42,823 bases of DNA from a virus. Position numbers and translations under genes: made by a program. How positions within the stretch are numbered: position 1 is the first letter of the stretch; each line of letters starts with the position of its first letter. The notes beneath the pieces were generated by a model, which saw only the letters and a list, made by a program, of their open reading frames with translations, was not told the DNA's origin and searched no databases. The stretch is from IMG/VR virus record IMGVR_UViG_3300045043_000023, positions 1 to 42,823 of that record; one strand, given 5' to 3'. Below, piece after piece: positions 7,997 to 17,977 of this stretch.

Positions 7997-10114
7997 ATGT
8001 CCTACCGCATCCGCTACAGCGACTACAGCACGTCCGAGGGGCCGCCTGATCCGGCTGAGTGGGTCGGGCCACCTGGACCTGTCGGGCCACCTGGACCTGT
8101 CGGGCCTGTCGGACCTCCTGGACCGGATTTTCCAGAAGCGCCGACAGACGGCACGATCTACGGGCGCGGCGGAGCGACGCCGGCATGGATAGCGACACTG
8201 CCGCTGACCGGCGGCATCGTCACGGGGCCAACGACATTCAGCCGAACCGTTGGTCTGGGCCTTGGCTCTGGAGCAATATTGCACGCTGGCGATACACTGG
8301 CCGCCAACAACAACCCGATGCTGTTGAGCTACAAGGTAGGGTCGGCTTCTGGCGCCGTGGCTTCTATCGGGTTCAATTCATACGTCAACACGGCTGGCGT
8401 GGGTGGATCGCGTATCAATGCCGCCAAGAACGGCTGGGCCATCCAGCATGACGTGCGAACGGCAGCGGATACCTCGCTGCTATTCGGTGTTACGTCATCG
8501 GCCGGCGTCACCACCGTGCCAATCACCTTTACCGTCGATGGCGGCATTACCGTTGCCAACAATCAGGCGCTCGGTGCGGGCGCCAACTTTGTGACGCCGT
8601 TCAATTTCAGCACCAACCTGTCCGGCACCAAGTCGAGCGGAAATCTCGGCCTGATGCGCCTCAACGTCATAACCGACACGATGAGCGCCGCAGTCGGTGG
8701 CGGCATGGCCGAGTTCTCGCTGGAATATCACGGCGGCGGCGGCGCCTCGATCGGCAATCGTCTCGGGCTGAACATTGATTTCAACTATGCCGGCGGCACC
8801 GGCAACAAGGCGGCGGTCGCGGGCAATATGTTCGCCGGCCAGTGGACCTACGCGCGCGCCTCGGGGAATGTCGGCGGCACATCTGGATCGGGCAACAGCT
8901 GGGGTTCTCTGTGGGGCGGGATCAGCTCTGCAACGCTGCAATCCGGCGCGACATTCTGGGACGCCTGCATCGCGCACGAGTTCAACATGGGCATCAGTGC
9001 GGGCGCCAGCGCGGCGCGGCTGCAGGGTGTGAAGATCGCATTGCAGAACAACGATCAAGTTTTGCAAATGCAGACCGATTACATGCTCGGCATGGGGCAG
9101 GCGCGTAACACCAACCAACAGATGCCGACCGGCATCTCGTTCGGCAGCGACGACGGATATTGGCCGATCCGGTCGGACGGGCGGCTGATCAGCACGGTTG
9201 CATCAAACCCACTACTGGCCGGGCCACTGCCATATGCCTGCGCGTTCGGCATCGACTTCAGCGCCGTCACGTTCAGCACGGCATTCCTGAAATCGACCGG
9301 GTTTACGGTGGATGGTTCCGGCAATGTCGCGGCTGCCGGCGGCGCCTTCACCACACTGGCGGCCAGCGGTGCGGTGTCCGGTGCCGGGTTTACTGCGCTG
9401 CTGTCAGGCTACGCCACCACGGCCAGTGTCCCGGTTGCTTCATCCACTCTCCCGCTGATGAACGGTAGTGCCGATATTGGTGCCGGCACGACATGGGCAA
9501 AGGCTGATCACGTTCACCCGTCAGACACCAGCCGGTATGCGGCGAGCAATCCAAGCGGATATCAGACCGCAGCGCAGATCACGACCGCTTTGGCGCCCTA
9601 TGCGTTGACTGCAGCCCCGACGCTCACTGGCACGGTGCTGGTGCAGCAGACGACCGTGACAAGCGGCAATTCCGGGTTGACGTTCCAGATGGGCGACAGC
9701 GTCGCGGCAAACGCCAACTCGCTTTGCTATTCGTATCAGGTCGGCGCAAGCGGAGGCGCAATCGCCTATCTGGCGTTCAACCTCTACATCACTGGAGCCG
9801 GTGCGGTGGCTAGACCCAACACGGCCAAGGGGGCGTGGTTCTTTCAGCATGACACCAGGACGCTGGCCGATGCGCCGATGCTCATTCGCTATACCTCAGC
9901 AGCCGGAGTAAATACGAACTCGGTGCAGTTTGAAACAAATAACGGGATAACGGTCACCGGGCCGTCGCGATTCAACAGCACCATCGGTTTTAACAACACG
10001 GCTCCAGTGGCCAAGCCGACAGTGTCCGGTGCCAAAGGGTCGAATGCCGCGTTGGCCAGTCTGATGACGGCGCTGGCGGCCTATGGACTGGTCACCGACA
10101 GTACCTCGGCGTGA
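7997..10114 (+). CDS. Tail fibre protein 1 (collagen-like N-terminal repeat)
   Basis: Contains GPPGPVGPPGPVGPVGPPGP, then DGTIYGRGGATPAWIATLPLTGG and ADHVHPSD..NPSGYQTAAQITTALAPYA fibre motifs. An internal domain is duplicated (aa ~60-220 versus ~540-690). Confidence 0.8.
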   Translation: MSYRIRYSDYSTSEGPPDPAEWVGPPGPVGPPGPVGPVGPPGPDFPEAPTDGTIYGRGGATPAWIATLPLTGGIVTGPTTFSRTVGLGLGSGAILHAGDTLAANNNPMLLSYKVGSASGAVASIGFNSYVNTAGVGGSRINAAKNGWAIQHDVRTAADTSLLFGVTSSAGVTTVPITFTVDGGITVANNQALGAGANFVTPFNFSTNLSGTKSSGNLGLMRLNVITDTMSAAVGGGMAEFSLEYHGGGGASIGNRLGLNIDFNYAGGTGNKAAVAGNMFAGQWTYARASGNVGGTSGSGNSWGSLWGGISSATLQSGATFWDACIAHEFNMGISAGASAARLQGVKIALQNNDQVLQMQTDYMLGMGQARNTNQQMPTGISFGSDDGYWPIRSDGRLISTVASNPLLAGPLPYACAFGIDFSAVTFSTAFLKSTGFTVDGSGNVAAAGGAFTTLAASGAVSGAGFTALLSGYATTASVPVASSTLPLMNGSADIGAGTTWAKADHVHPSDTSRYAASNPSGYQTAAQITTALAPYALTAAPTLTGTVLVQQTTVTSGNSGLTFQMGDSVAANANSLCYSYQVGASGGAIAYLAFNLYITGAGAVARPNTAKGAWFFQHDTRTLADAPMLIRYTSAAGVNTNSVQFETNNGITVTGPSRFNSTIGFNNTAPVAKPTVSGAKGSNAALASLMTALAAYGLVTDSTSA
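8064..8099 (+). repeat. Perfect tandem 18-mer (TCGGGCCACCTGGACCTG x2) encoding the collagen-like triplets
   Basis: 8064..8081 equals 8082..8099, followed by a degenerate third unit. Confidence 0.9.
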
Positions 10115-10121
10115 GGCTCAC

Positions 10122-10316
10122 ATGATCGACGCGCAGACAGCCATCGCCGTCACCCTGACCGCCGAACGCTGGCAGCAGGTGCTGGGCATTCTTGGCGAGG
10201 CAGCGATCCCGCATCGCGTGTCGGATCCGCTGATCCGCGAGATACATCAGCAGTGCCTCGCTGCGGATCGGCCCAACGTGGCGCAACTGCGCGAGGTGGA
10301 TGATGTCGCCTCCTGA
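10122..10316 (+). CDS. Hypothetical small protein between the two fibre genes (possible fibre chaperone)
   Basis: ATG at 10122 with GAGG 5 nt upstream, 64 aa. The function is guessed from position only. Confidence 0.45.
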   Translation: MIDAQTAIAVTLTAERWQQVLGILGEAAIPHRVSDPLIREIHQQCLAADRPNVAQLREVDDVAS

Positions 10317-12369
10317 CGGTGTGATCCCTGGCGGCCCCAGCTTCGTTGGCACCCCTGCGGCGCCTGTGGAGCCTGTGGGCGCCCCAGCGAGCGCGGACGG
10401 GTTCCTGAGCCTCCCTGGCGGGCCGGGCTTTGCCGGGCAGCCACAGCCGCCGGACGTGCCGTGCGACCCGACAGGCGAGGACTGGCGCGGGCCTCCGGGG
10501 CCGATGGGTCCGGTCGGGCCTCCTGGAGTGGACGGCGAGGACGGTGCTGGTGGCGTGCCGTCCGACGCGGTGCCGCTGGTTGAGAGCGGCGCTGGCTCTG
10601 CTGGTGTCAGCACAGCACTTGCGCGCGGCGATCACGTCCATCCGGCGCTGGCTGGTGGTGGTGGCGGCATCCCCGAGCCTGGAACGGACGGTACGATCTA
10701 CGGGCGTGGTGGGGCAACGCCGGCATGGGTGGGTGTTCTGCCGCTGAACGGCGGAACGGTGGCGGGGGTCACGACCTTCAGCGCGGCGGGCAACGCGTTG
10801 AATGTGACTAATATCGTCACGGCTGCCACCCATCGCGTGTTTCGTAGTTCCACGATCACTGCGGCGCCCGACCGGGGTATATCCAGTTTCATCAGCTACA
10901 GCGGGACATATACCGGCGCCGCGCAAGTCCTATCTTCTAACAGTCTGGTGGTGAGCGGCGACAACGTGGATGGTGGAGCGGCGGGCGGTCTTTACAGCAC
11001 ATACATCGGACACCAATTCGGCGGTTCTAACGTAAAGGGGCACCGGACGGGCGCTTTCGTCTCGCTGCAACAGACGGCGAAGAGCGGGAACCTAGACAAG
11101 AACAAATACTTCACCGCGATCGGCGCCGATGCGTCGTCCAATGTTAATGATAACGGGACCGCCGGCTCATTCGTGGGCAATATGTTCGGTTTCAATTTCC
11201 TCGCTCGACTGCTTTCTGGGGCTACATTCTGGAACTCGGTTGTCGGTGGTGAGATCGATGTTGTCGCGGCGGCTGGCGTCAGTGTTGGTTACAAGGAGGG
11301 GTTCAAGGTCGTTCTTTGGGATAACGACGCTGCACAGGGAAGCGTCGCTGATTATGGAATCGGGCTGGCTGCGTCATCGGCAGCAACCCTTGGCTTCAGG
11401 ATAGGGCTCAATTTCTGCAGCCAGGATGGCTACTGGCCGATTGACATCGCTAATGGCACGTTGATCGGTGCTGGCACACCGTTCTCGGCAGCGATACCCA
11501 AGGCGGCGAAGCTGGGCGTGGACTTTTCCAGCATCGCGTTTCTTGATGCTGCGTTTAAGTCCACTGGCTTCCAGGTAGACGGCACCGGCAATGTCACCGC
11601 AGTTGGTGGTGCGTTCAGCTCGGCAGTGACTGCGCCCACGGCTGCGCCTGGCACGACCAGCACGCAGGTTGCGACGACGGCGTTTGTCGGCGCTGCTGTC
11701 GCTGCTGGCGGCGGAGGCGGCGGCATCGCTGAGGCGCCGAATGACTCGGTCTTCTACGCTCGCCGCAATCTGGGTTGGACGGCTGCGGTCGGCTCATTCA
11801 ACACCCGCACCGGCGCGGTCACGCTGACCTCGGGCGATGTGACGACGGCGCTGACGTTCACGCCCTACAACGCCACCAACCCCAGCGGCTACCAGACGGC
11901 GGCCAACGTCACCACCACGCTGGCGCCCTACGCCACTACAGTCTCCGTCACCTCCGCAGTCGCTGCTGGAGTTGGCACCGCATACACCATGGCTGGCTAC
12001 GTCGGTGGTGTGCTCACCGCGTCGCAAGTGCTGCTCGTCCACCAGGTCGGCCAGGCCGTCACCTTCCCGGCCAACTTTGGCACCACAACGTCAGGCGCAT
12101 CGTCGCGCTGCGGCTCACTGGCCAATGCCACGGCCAGCACGGTGCTGACGGTGGGTCAGTGCCCGGCTGCGTCTGATCCGACCGTAGGCGGCAATTACAC
12201 CACGATCGGCACGCTGACGTTCTCCGTTGGCGGACATGCAGGCGCCCTGGCGACGAGCGGCGGCACTACCAAGGCCATCGCAGCCGGCGACTTCATCCGC
12301 ATCACCGGCCCAGCCTCCGCTGACGCTACGCTGGCCAACGTGTTTCTCACGCTCATCGCGAACCGCTAG
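10300..12369 (+). CDS. Tail fibre protein 2 (collagen-like, paralog of fibre 1)
   Basis: Contains GPPGPMGPVGPPGVDGEDG, GDHVHPALAGG, DGTIYGRGGATPAWVGVLPLNGG and RTGAVTLTSGDVT..NPSGYQTAANVTTTLAPYA. The central domain aligns with fibre 1 (FW..DGYWPI..FKSTGF.VDG.GNV). Confidence 0.8.
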   Translation: MMSPPDGVIPGGPSFVGTPAAPVEPVGAPASADGFLSLPGGPGFAGQPQPPDVPCDPTGEDWRGPPGPMGPVGPPGVDGEDGAGGVPSDAVPLVESGAGSAGVSTALARGDHVHPALAGGGGGIPEPGTDGTIYGRGGATPAWVGVLPLNGGTVAGVTTFSAAGNALNVTNIVTAATHRVFRSSTITAAPDRGISSFISYSGTYTGAAQVLSSNSLVVSGDNVDGGAAGGLYSTYIGHQFGGSNVKGHRTGAFVSLQQTAKSGNLDKNKYFTAIGADASSNVNDNGTAGSFVGNMFGFNFLARLLSGATFWNSVVGGEIDVVAAAGVSVGYKEGFKVVLWDNDAAQGSVADYGIGLAASSAATLGFRIGLNFCSQDGYWPIDIANGTLIGAGTPFSAAIPKAAKLGVDFSSIAFLDAAFKSTGFQVDGTGNVTAVGGAFSSAVTAPTAAPGTTSTQVATTAFVGAAVAAGGGGGGIAEAPNDSVFYARRNLGWTAAVGSFNTRTGAVTLTSGDVTTALTFTPYNATNPSGYQTAANVTTTLAPYATTVSVTSAVAAGVGTAYTMAGYVGGVLTASQVLLVHQVGQAVTFPANFGTTTSGASSRCGSLANATASTVLTVGQCPAASDPTVGGNYTTIGTLTFSVGGHAGALATSGGTTKAIAAGDFIRITGPASADATLANVFLTLIANR

Positions 12370-13868
12370 TGGCAGGCCCATGGTACGTTCGTAGCGGTGC
12401 GGCTGGCACAGGCGACGGTCTGAGCTGGACCAACGCGCGCACCACACTGACGACGATGACCTCGGTTGTGGCCGGTGACACGATCTACGTTGCGCATGAC
12501 CATGCCGAGGCGCCTGGCGCCAACCTGACCGTCACCTTCCCAGGGACGCCCGCTAACCCCAACATCGTGCTGTGTGTTCTGAACACCGCCACGCATCCGG
12601 TCGCGTCCACCGACTGGCGCACGACAGGCTCCGTTGCGACCACCGGCATCTTCAGCATCACCACCGCCGGTAGCGCCTACATCTACGGGCTGACATTCAA
12701 CGCCGGGATCACCGCCGCAGGCATCTGCGGGCTTACCATCGGTCTCAACGGCAACTGCTTCCAGTACTACGACGCGTGCGTGCTGCGGCTGTCCAGCACG
12801 ACCAACTCGGCCTCGACGCGCATTACCATCGGCGCCACGGGTAACGGCACACCGAGCCGCATAGTGCTCAACAACACGCAGATGTCGTTCAACGGCATTG
12901 CCTACAATCTAGCGCTTTCCCAAGGCGAGATCGAATGGCGAAACACGGGCACGCCGTTTCCGGCCTCAGTTCCAACCACGCTGATCGCTGTCGTCTCACA
13001 GCCCATCCTCTTCACATTCGAAGGGATCGACTTTTCCTCGATGGTGGCCGGCAAGAGCTTCATAGGGACGATCAACTCGCAATACCGGCTGAACTTCTAC
13101 GGCTGCAAGTTCGGCGGCGGCACGATCTCCCCGGCAACCACATCGCCGGCCGCCGAGGTCTACGTTGTTGGTAGCGGACTGGCCGCCTCGACCACCACAT
13201 CGCTGGCGCAGAAATACGCGCTGGAAGGCACCGAGACGACGGACATCACGATCATCCGCACAGGCGGTGCCAGTGATGGCACGGTGTCAGTGTCACGGGC
13301 CTACACGCCAGCGGCCGGGGCACTGTCACTGCGGCCTTACGCCGGGTTGCCCATGGTAAAATGGAACGACACCACAGGCAGCAACGTCACCGTCACGCTG
13401 TATGGTATCTGGAATGCCGCTGCACTGCCGACCAACGCGCAGATATGGTTCGAGACAGCTTGGCACGGCGATGCCACGTCGCCGCTCATGGCGCTACAGC
13501 ACAACTCGCGTTCCAACCTATCGGCGGCTGCCACGAACTGGACGACAGACGGTTCGCCGTGGGATGCGACGGCACGCGCCAACACCACGCCATATGCACT
13601 GGGCGCTGCGATCAAGACATCCAACACGGGCCGAGTGTTTTTCTGCACCACGGCAGGGACCACGGCAGGCTCAGAGCCTGGAGGCTATGCCTCGGCAACC
13701 GATGGCAGCACGCCGGTCACAGACGGGACAGCGGCATTCCGCGCTGGCATGCGGTTCGCGATGACCTACACGCTATCGGCCCCGCAGCCGCAGCTTAAAG
13801 GCCCAGTCTACCTCACGCCGCGCATTGCCGGCACGACGGCCGCCATCTGGCTCGATCCGGAGTTCTGA
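12369..13868 (+). CDS. Tail-associated protein, possibly beta-helix fold
   Basis: The GTG start shares a base with the upstream TAG. N-terminal GTGDGLSWTNARTTLTTMTSVVAGDTIYVAHD resembles N-termini of pectin-lyase-fold proteins. Thr/Gly/Ala-rich. Confidence 0.45.
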   Translation: MAGPWYVRSGAAGTGDGLSWTNARTTLTTMTSVVAGDTIYVAHDHAEAPGANLTVTFPGTPANPNIVLCVLNTATHPVASTDWRTTGSVATTGIFSITTAGSAYIYGLTFNAGITAAGICGLTIGLNGNCFQYYDACVLRLSSTTNSASTRITIGATGNGTPSRIVLNNTQMSFNGIAYNLALSQGEIEWRNTGTPFPASVPTTLIAVVSQPILFTFEGIDFSSMVAGKSFIGTINSQYRLNFYGCKFGGGTISPATTSPAAEVYVVGSGLAASTTTSLAQKYALEGTETTDITIIRTGGASDGTVSVSRAYTPAAGALSLRPYAGLPMVKWNDTTGSNVTVTLYGIWNAAALPTNAQIWFETAWHGDATSPLMALQHNSRSNLSAAATNWTTDGSPWDATARANTTPYALGAAIKTSNTGRVFFCTTAGTTAGSEPGGYASATDGSTPVTDGTAAFRAGMRFAMTYTLSAPQPQLKGPVYLTPRIAGTTAAIWLDPEF

Positions 13869-14023
13869 TGGCACGCCAATACCCTATCCGTGGGCCGGCG
13901 CCGCTGATCGTCCAGGAGGATACCGCACGGCAATACCCGGTGCGCGACACGATCCTCAACGACACTACAGCGCCGCCCACACCGCCTGCCACTGCGACCG
14001 TCGTGGTGTTCGTCGCAACCTAG
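13868..14023 (+). CDS. Hypothetical small protein (51 aa)
   Basis: Hand-translated MARQYPIRGPAPLIVQEDTARQYPVRDTILNDTTAPPTPPATATVVVFVAT. The ATG overlaps the upstream TGA and the stop lies just before the next gene's RBS. Confidence 0.4.
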   Translation: MARQYPIRGPAPLIVQEDTARQYPVRDTILNDTTAPPTPPATATVVVFVAT

Positions 14024-14032
14024 GAGCAAGCC

Positions 14033-14551
14033 GTGGCCTCCATCGCAATGACGGTGCCGTATCTGCGCACCTCGATGCTGCACATACCGCGCCGCGACCT
14101 GGTGCTTGCGGTCGCCGACAGCCTCTATCTGCGCGTCACTATTGTCGATGCGGACAACCCGTGCGCGCAAGGCATCGAGTTGTCCGGGGGCATCGGTGGG
14201 CCGTCAGCGGTGTTCAGCGTCTGGGCCGACATCCAGGGCTGGCACGATGACTACGGCCTGCTGCTGCCACGCTGCGGGCAGTTGCTGCATAGCGTGGTGG
14301 GCACCCATCCGAGCGGCGTCGTCGGCGCGTTCGATTTCTTCCTGCCGTCCGGTTCCCTGGTGCCGTGGCCACGCCGCTGCGGTTGGGCCGTGCAGCTCAA
14401 CTACGACACCTACGGCGCCGAGGTGCTGACTACCGGCCGCATCGTCGTGCGGCAGATCGGCGCTCCGTTCCTGGCTGTGACGCCGCACCTGCAGACCGAC
14501 GACTACATTCCGATCCATACCGACGATCCTGAGGAGCACCTGTTCGCATGA
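14033..14551 (+). CDS. Hypothetical tail-module protein
   Basis: 172 aa with a GTG start and AGGAG 6 nt upstream. The stop overlaps the next start. Confidence 0.6.
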   Translation: MASIAMTVPYLRTSMLHIPRRDLVLAVADSLYLRVTIVDADNPCAQGIELSGGIGGPSAVFSVWADIQGWHDDYGLLLPRCGQLLHSVVGTHPSGVVGAFDFFLPSGSLVPWPRRCGWAVQLNYDTYGAEVLTTGRIVVRQIGAPFLAVTPHLQTDDYIPIHTDDPEEHLFA

Positions 14552-15987
14552 GCCATAGCGTTCGTCGGGTGGTGGCACGGAGCGGCACACCCATCGTCGA
14601 GACCGACAGCATCCGTATTGTCGAGATGCCGGATATCGGTGCCGTCACCGATGCATCTTCGGTTGTCGGCGAACGTGCCGGATCGGGTCGGTTCGGGGCC
14701 ACGGCGCTCAAGACCTATATCAACAGCTACACCGCACCAGGGACCGGCGGTATCACCCGATCGGTGATTACCAAGGCCGGTGAGTGGGTGTCGGTAATGG
14801 ACTATGGCGCGGTAGGCGACGGTGTGGCCGATGATACGGCGAAGATCCAGGCCGCCATTAACTACGTGCAGACCTTGCCCACAGGCGGCACGGTGCTGTT
14901 TCCGCCAGGGAATTATAAGACCAGTGCCACACTGACAATCTCAAAGGCCGGCGTGTCGCTGCTGGGGATGGGGCGGGCCGCCTCGGTTATCAAGCCGGTT
15001 GCCGGCTCGACCTTCGATTGGCTGCTGGTTCACTCCGACATCTCTCTGTCCTACATCTCGATTGCCAGCCTGGGCTTCGTTCCATTCGGCCAGCAGGCGA
15101 CAGGTCACGTCGGTATCTGCCAGACGGGACGCGCAGCGGTCTGCACCTATCAGGACATACAGCTCACCAATGCCTACCAGGGCTTTCGGGTGGAGGCTGG
15201 CATCGATGGTAGTGTGTGCCGGTGGGTGGACTTTTACATTGCCAACTGCACCGGCTCTGCCTTCTGGATCGGTGCCGACGGCTCTCCGGTTGTCAGCTTC
15301 ACCGCACGAGACGGCGACATCGCACAGTGTGGCGGCGGCTTCCTCTTGCAGAACTGCTCCGGGGTCTATCTGAGTGCCATCAACATCATCCTCTGCACGA
15401 TCGGCGTCCATATGGCGCCGGAAGATGGCGACATGGTCGCGTTCGTGTTCTGCGATATGGTCCTGGCGGATACCTCGACGCAGGACGGCTGGTATTTCCA
15501 CACCGTTGGCACTGGCATCATCGGCAACATCGTCTGCAATAACTGCTGGGCCGCAACGGCTGGGCTAAGTGGCGTGCATGTCGAGGTCGGCTGCAGGCTC
15601 GACGGGTTCACCTGGGCAGACGGGCACGTCCTGCAGAACTATGCGCACGGGTTCCAGTTCAACGGCGGCACCAATCTGTCAGTAAGCAACACTCAGGTGT
15701 ACAACAACAACATCGGCGACTATGCGGCACCACCCGGTGTCGGTGGCCACGGCATCGCGATCGGGCCTGGTGTCAGCGGGTTTCGTCTCATCGGCAATAC
15801 CTGCGGTCCCGGCGGCTGGCACCGGCTGATGCTCGGTCCTAATCGGCAGCATTATGGCATCTATGTTGCCACCGGGGCGAGCGACCACTACGTGGTGATG
15901 GGCAACGTCTGCTCTGGCAATGTCACTGGTGGCACGTTCGATGGCGGCACGGGGACAGCCAAGAGCGTCGTCAGCAACGTGGTGTAG
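14548..15987 (+). CDS. Tailspike / polysaccharide depolymerase (pectate-lyase-3 type beta-helix)
   Basis: VMDYGAVGDGVADDTAKIQAAINYVQTLPTGGTVLFPPGNYKTSATLTI is the classic N-terminal signature of Pectate_lyase_3 / GH28-like tailspikes. Confidence 0.8.
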   Translation: MSHSVRRVVARSGTPIVETDSIRIVEMPDIGAVTDASSVVGERAGSGRFGATALKTYINSYTAPGTGGITRSVITKAGEWVSVMDYGAVGDGVADDTAKIQAAINYVQTLPTGGTVLFPPGNYKTSATLTISKAGVSLLGMGRAASVIKPVAGSTFDWLLVHSDISLSYISIASLGFVPFGQQATGHVGICQTGRAAVCTYQDIQLTNAYQGFRVEAGIDGSVCRWVDFYIANCTGSAFWIGADGSPVVSFTARDGDIAQCGGGFLLQNCSGVYLSAINIILCTIGVHMAPEDGDMVAFVFCDMVLADTSTQDGWYFHTVGTGIIGNIVCNNCWAATAGLSGVHVEVGCRLDGFTWADGHVLQNYAHGFQFNGGTNLSVSNTQVYNNNIGDYAAPPGVGGHGIAIGPGVSGFRLIGNTCGPGGWHRLMLGPNRQHYGIYVATGASDHYVVMGNVCSGNVTGGTFDGGTGTAKSVVSNVV

Positions 15988-15992
15988 CGCCG

Positions 15993-17459
15993 ATGTCCGA
16001 CACGCTCGACGCACTGAAGACGGCGCTGGCTCCGAAGCAGGGGATGAAGCGCATCCCGTTTCCGCTGGAGAGCTACGAGCATCCGTCATTGCCGTTGGTG
16101 TCTAAGCGCCTCGTGAATTTGATGGCTGAGAAGCAGCCGGCCGATGCGCGGACGACCGCAGCGCTGGTCTCGACGCCGGGGCTGGTGGACTACCTGTCGG
16201 TGGGCACCGGGCCGATACGGGCGTTGAACGACGACCAGCCGGGCGTTGTGTATTTAGTGTCTGGCACGAAGTTTTACCGCATTTCGTTCCCGACCGGCGG
16301 AGCGCCTAGCGTCGAGATGCTGGCGGACGTTGGCACCGCAGACGCCGGCACATCGCCGTGGAACAGCTTTGTCACGATCGCCGCCGGGCCTACCGCAGCG
16401 GTCGTGTGCGTCGCGCCGCGTGCCTATACCTGCAAGCACTTACCCGGCGAGCCGTTGAACCAGATCACGGACCCCGACTTTCCTGGCGCCACGTCGGTGA
16501 CATACGTTGACGGGTATTTCGCGTTCTCGTCGCTCGGCGACACGGCGCAGTGGTTCGTCTCCCGTGTGCTCGATCCGCTTTCGTACGATGCGCTCGACTT
16601 CGCGTTCTCCGACGCGCTGCCGAACATCATCCGCCGGGTGATCACCCATCGCGGTCAGGTCTGGACCGTTGGCGAGGCCGGCTTTGAGGTCTGGTATGAC
16701 AGCGGCAATGCCGACTTTCCGTTTCGCCGGGCCAGTGGTGGCATCATCGATATCGGCACCGGCTCGCCGCAGGCAGTCTGTCGCGCCGAGGAGAGCGTGT
16801 GGTGGGTGGGCCTCGACGGGGTGGTCTATGGCTCGAACGGCTACAAGGCGACGCGGGTTTCGACGCACGCGATCGAGGCGATCATCGGTGACAACTCGGT
16901 CGCCCTGACCGCGCTCACGCATCCCTACCGGGGCCATTGGTTCTACTGCCTGACGACGCTGGATCAGCGGACGCTGGTTTACGACATAACGGGCGGCGTG
17001 TGGCACGAGCGATCGACCAGCACGGACGGCACGCTGCCGTGGCGGGCTGCTTCGGCGGCGGTGGAGAACAACTCGCTGCATCTGTACGGCGATCGGTCGT
17101 CGGGGCAGCTCTATACGCTCGGCATGCAGGCGACTGACGCGGGGGTTGCCGTGCTGCGTCAGGCGACATTGCCGCCGCTGTGGGCCGAGACGCGACGGGC
17201 GTTCTGTGCGCGGGTCGAGGTGGAGATGGAGGTCGGTGGTGCGTCCACGCCTGGCAACCTGCTGCTGGAGTGGTCGGACGATGGCAGCCGGACGTGGGCG
17301 GCGGGGCGGACTATGTCGTCCGGTGCGTCGGATGATCTGCGACACCGGGTTTACACCACGCGGCTGGGTTCGTTCAGGCAGCGCACGTTTCGGCTCAGTA
17401 GCCACGGGCTTACCAGGCTGTATGCCGTGGACGCAGACATCCAGCCAGGGGCGCACTGA
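15993..17459 (+). CDS. Tail hub protein, P22 gp10-like
   Basis: 488 aa. Several blocks align by eye with P22 gp10 as I recall it (WFVSRVLDP..; TLVYDITGGVWHE; LLLEWSDDGSRTW...RLGSFRQRTFRL). Confidence 0.7.
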   Translation: MSDTLDALKTALAPKQGMKRIPFPLESYEHPSLPLVSKRLVNLMAEKQPADARTTAALVSTPGLVDYLSVGTGPIRALNDDQPGVVYLVSGTKFYRISFPTGGAPSVEMLADVGTADAGTSPWNSFVTIAAGPTAAVVCVAPRAYTCKHLPGEPLNQITDPDFPGATSVTYVDGYFAFSSLGDTAQWFVSRVLDPLSYDALDFAFSDALPNIIRRVITHRGQVWTVGEAGFEVWYDSGNADFPFRRASGGIIDIGTGSPQAVCRAEESVWWVGLDGVVYGSNGYKATRVSTHAIEAIIGDNSVALTALTHPYRGHWFYCLTTLDQRTLVYDITGGVWHERSTSTDGTLPWRAASAAVENNSLHLYGDRSSGQLYTLGMQATDAGVAVLRQATLPPLWAETRRAFCARVEVEMEVGGASTPGNLLLEWSDDGSRTWAAGRTMSSGASDDLRHRVYTTRLGSFRQRTFRLSSHGLTRLYAVDADIQPGAH

Positions 17460-17977
17460 TGCCGGCTAACCCGCGCAGCCTGGAGCCGCCGTTCTACGAT
17501 CCGGTGTTGTCGGAGCATAAGGACGGGCAACAGTTCAGCCACGCCTGGACGGACTATCAGCAGCGGGTGGCCGACAAGCTGCAGGTGCTGGACCAGGGCG
17601 TGGTGGACGGCTCTGATGCGGAGTCCGGCGATGTGGGTGAATACCTCACCGCGAGCGGCAGTGTGGGCATGCCGGCCAATGCCGTGACGACGGTGGCAAC
17701 GCTGACGCTGACGCCAGGAGACTGGGATGTGAGCGGCGGCGTGACGTTTGCCATTACCGCAGCGGCATCGACGCGCTACGGCGTGGGCATCGACGGCGTG
17801 CTGACCAACGAGATGGTGGCGACGATCCCGACCGGCAGCGGCACCTGGCGGCTGGCTGCGGCTCCGGTGCGGCGCAATGTCAGTGTCGGCACGGTGGTGA
17901 CGCTCAGTGCCCTGGCCGGGTTCAGTTCGGGGTCGGTGGCGGCGAGCGGCGTGATATCGGCGCGTAGGATGCGGTGA
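17459..17977 (+). CDS. Hypothetical tail protein (sits where P22 has its needle/plug gene)
   Basis: 172 aa, start overlaps the upstream stop. No recognisable motif. Confidence 0.5.
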   Translation: MPANPRSLEPPFYDPVLSEHKDGQQFSHAWTDYQQRVADKLQVLDQGVVDGSDAESGDVGEYLTASGSVGMPANAVTTVATLTLTPGDWDVSGGVTFAITAAASTRYGVGIDGVLTNEMVATIPTGSGTWRLAAAPVRRNVSVGTVVTLSALAGFSSGSVAASGVISARRMR

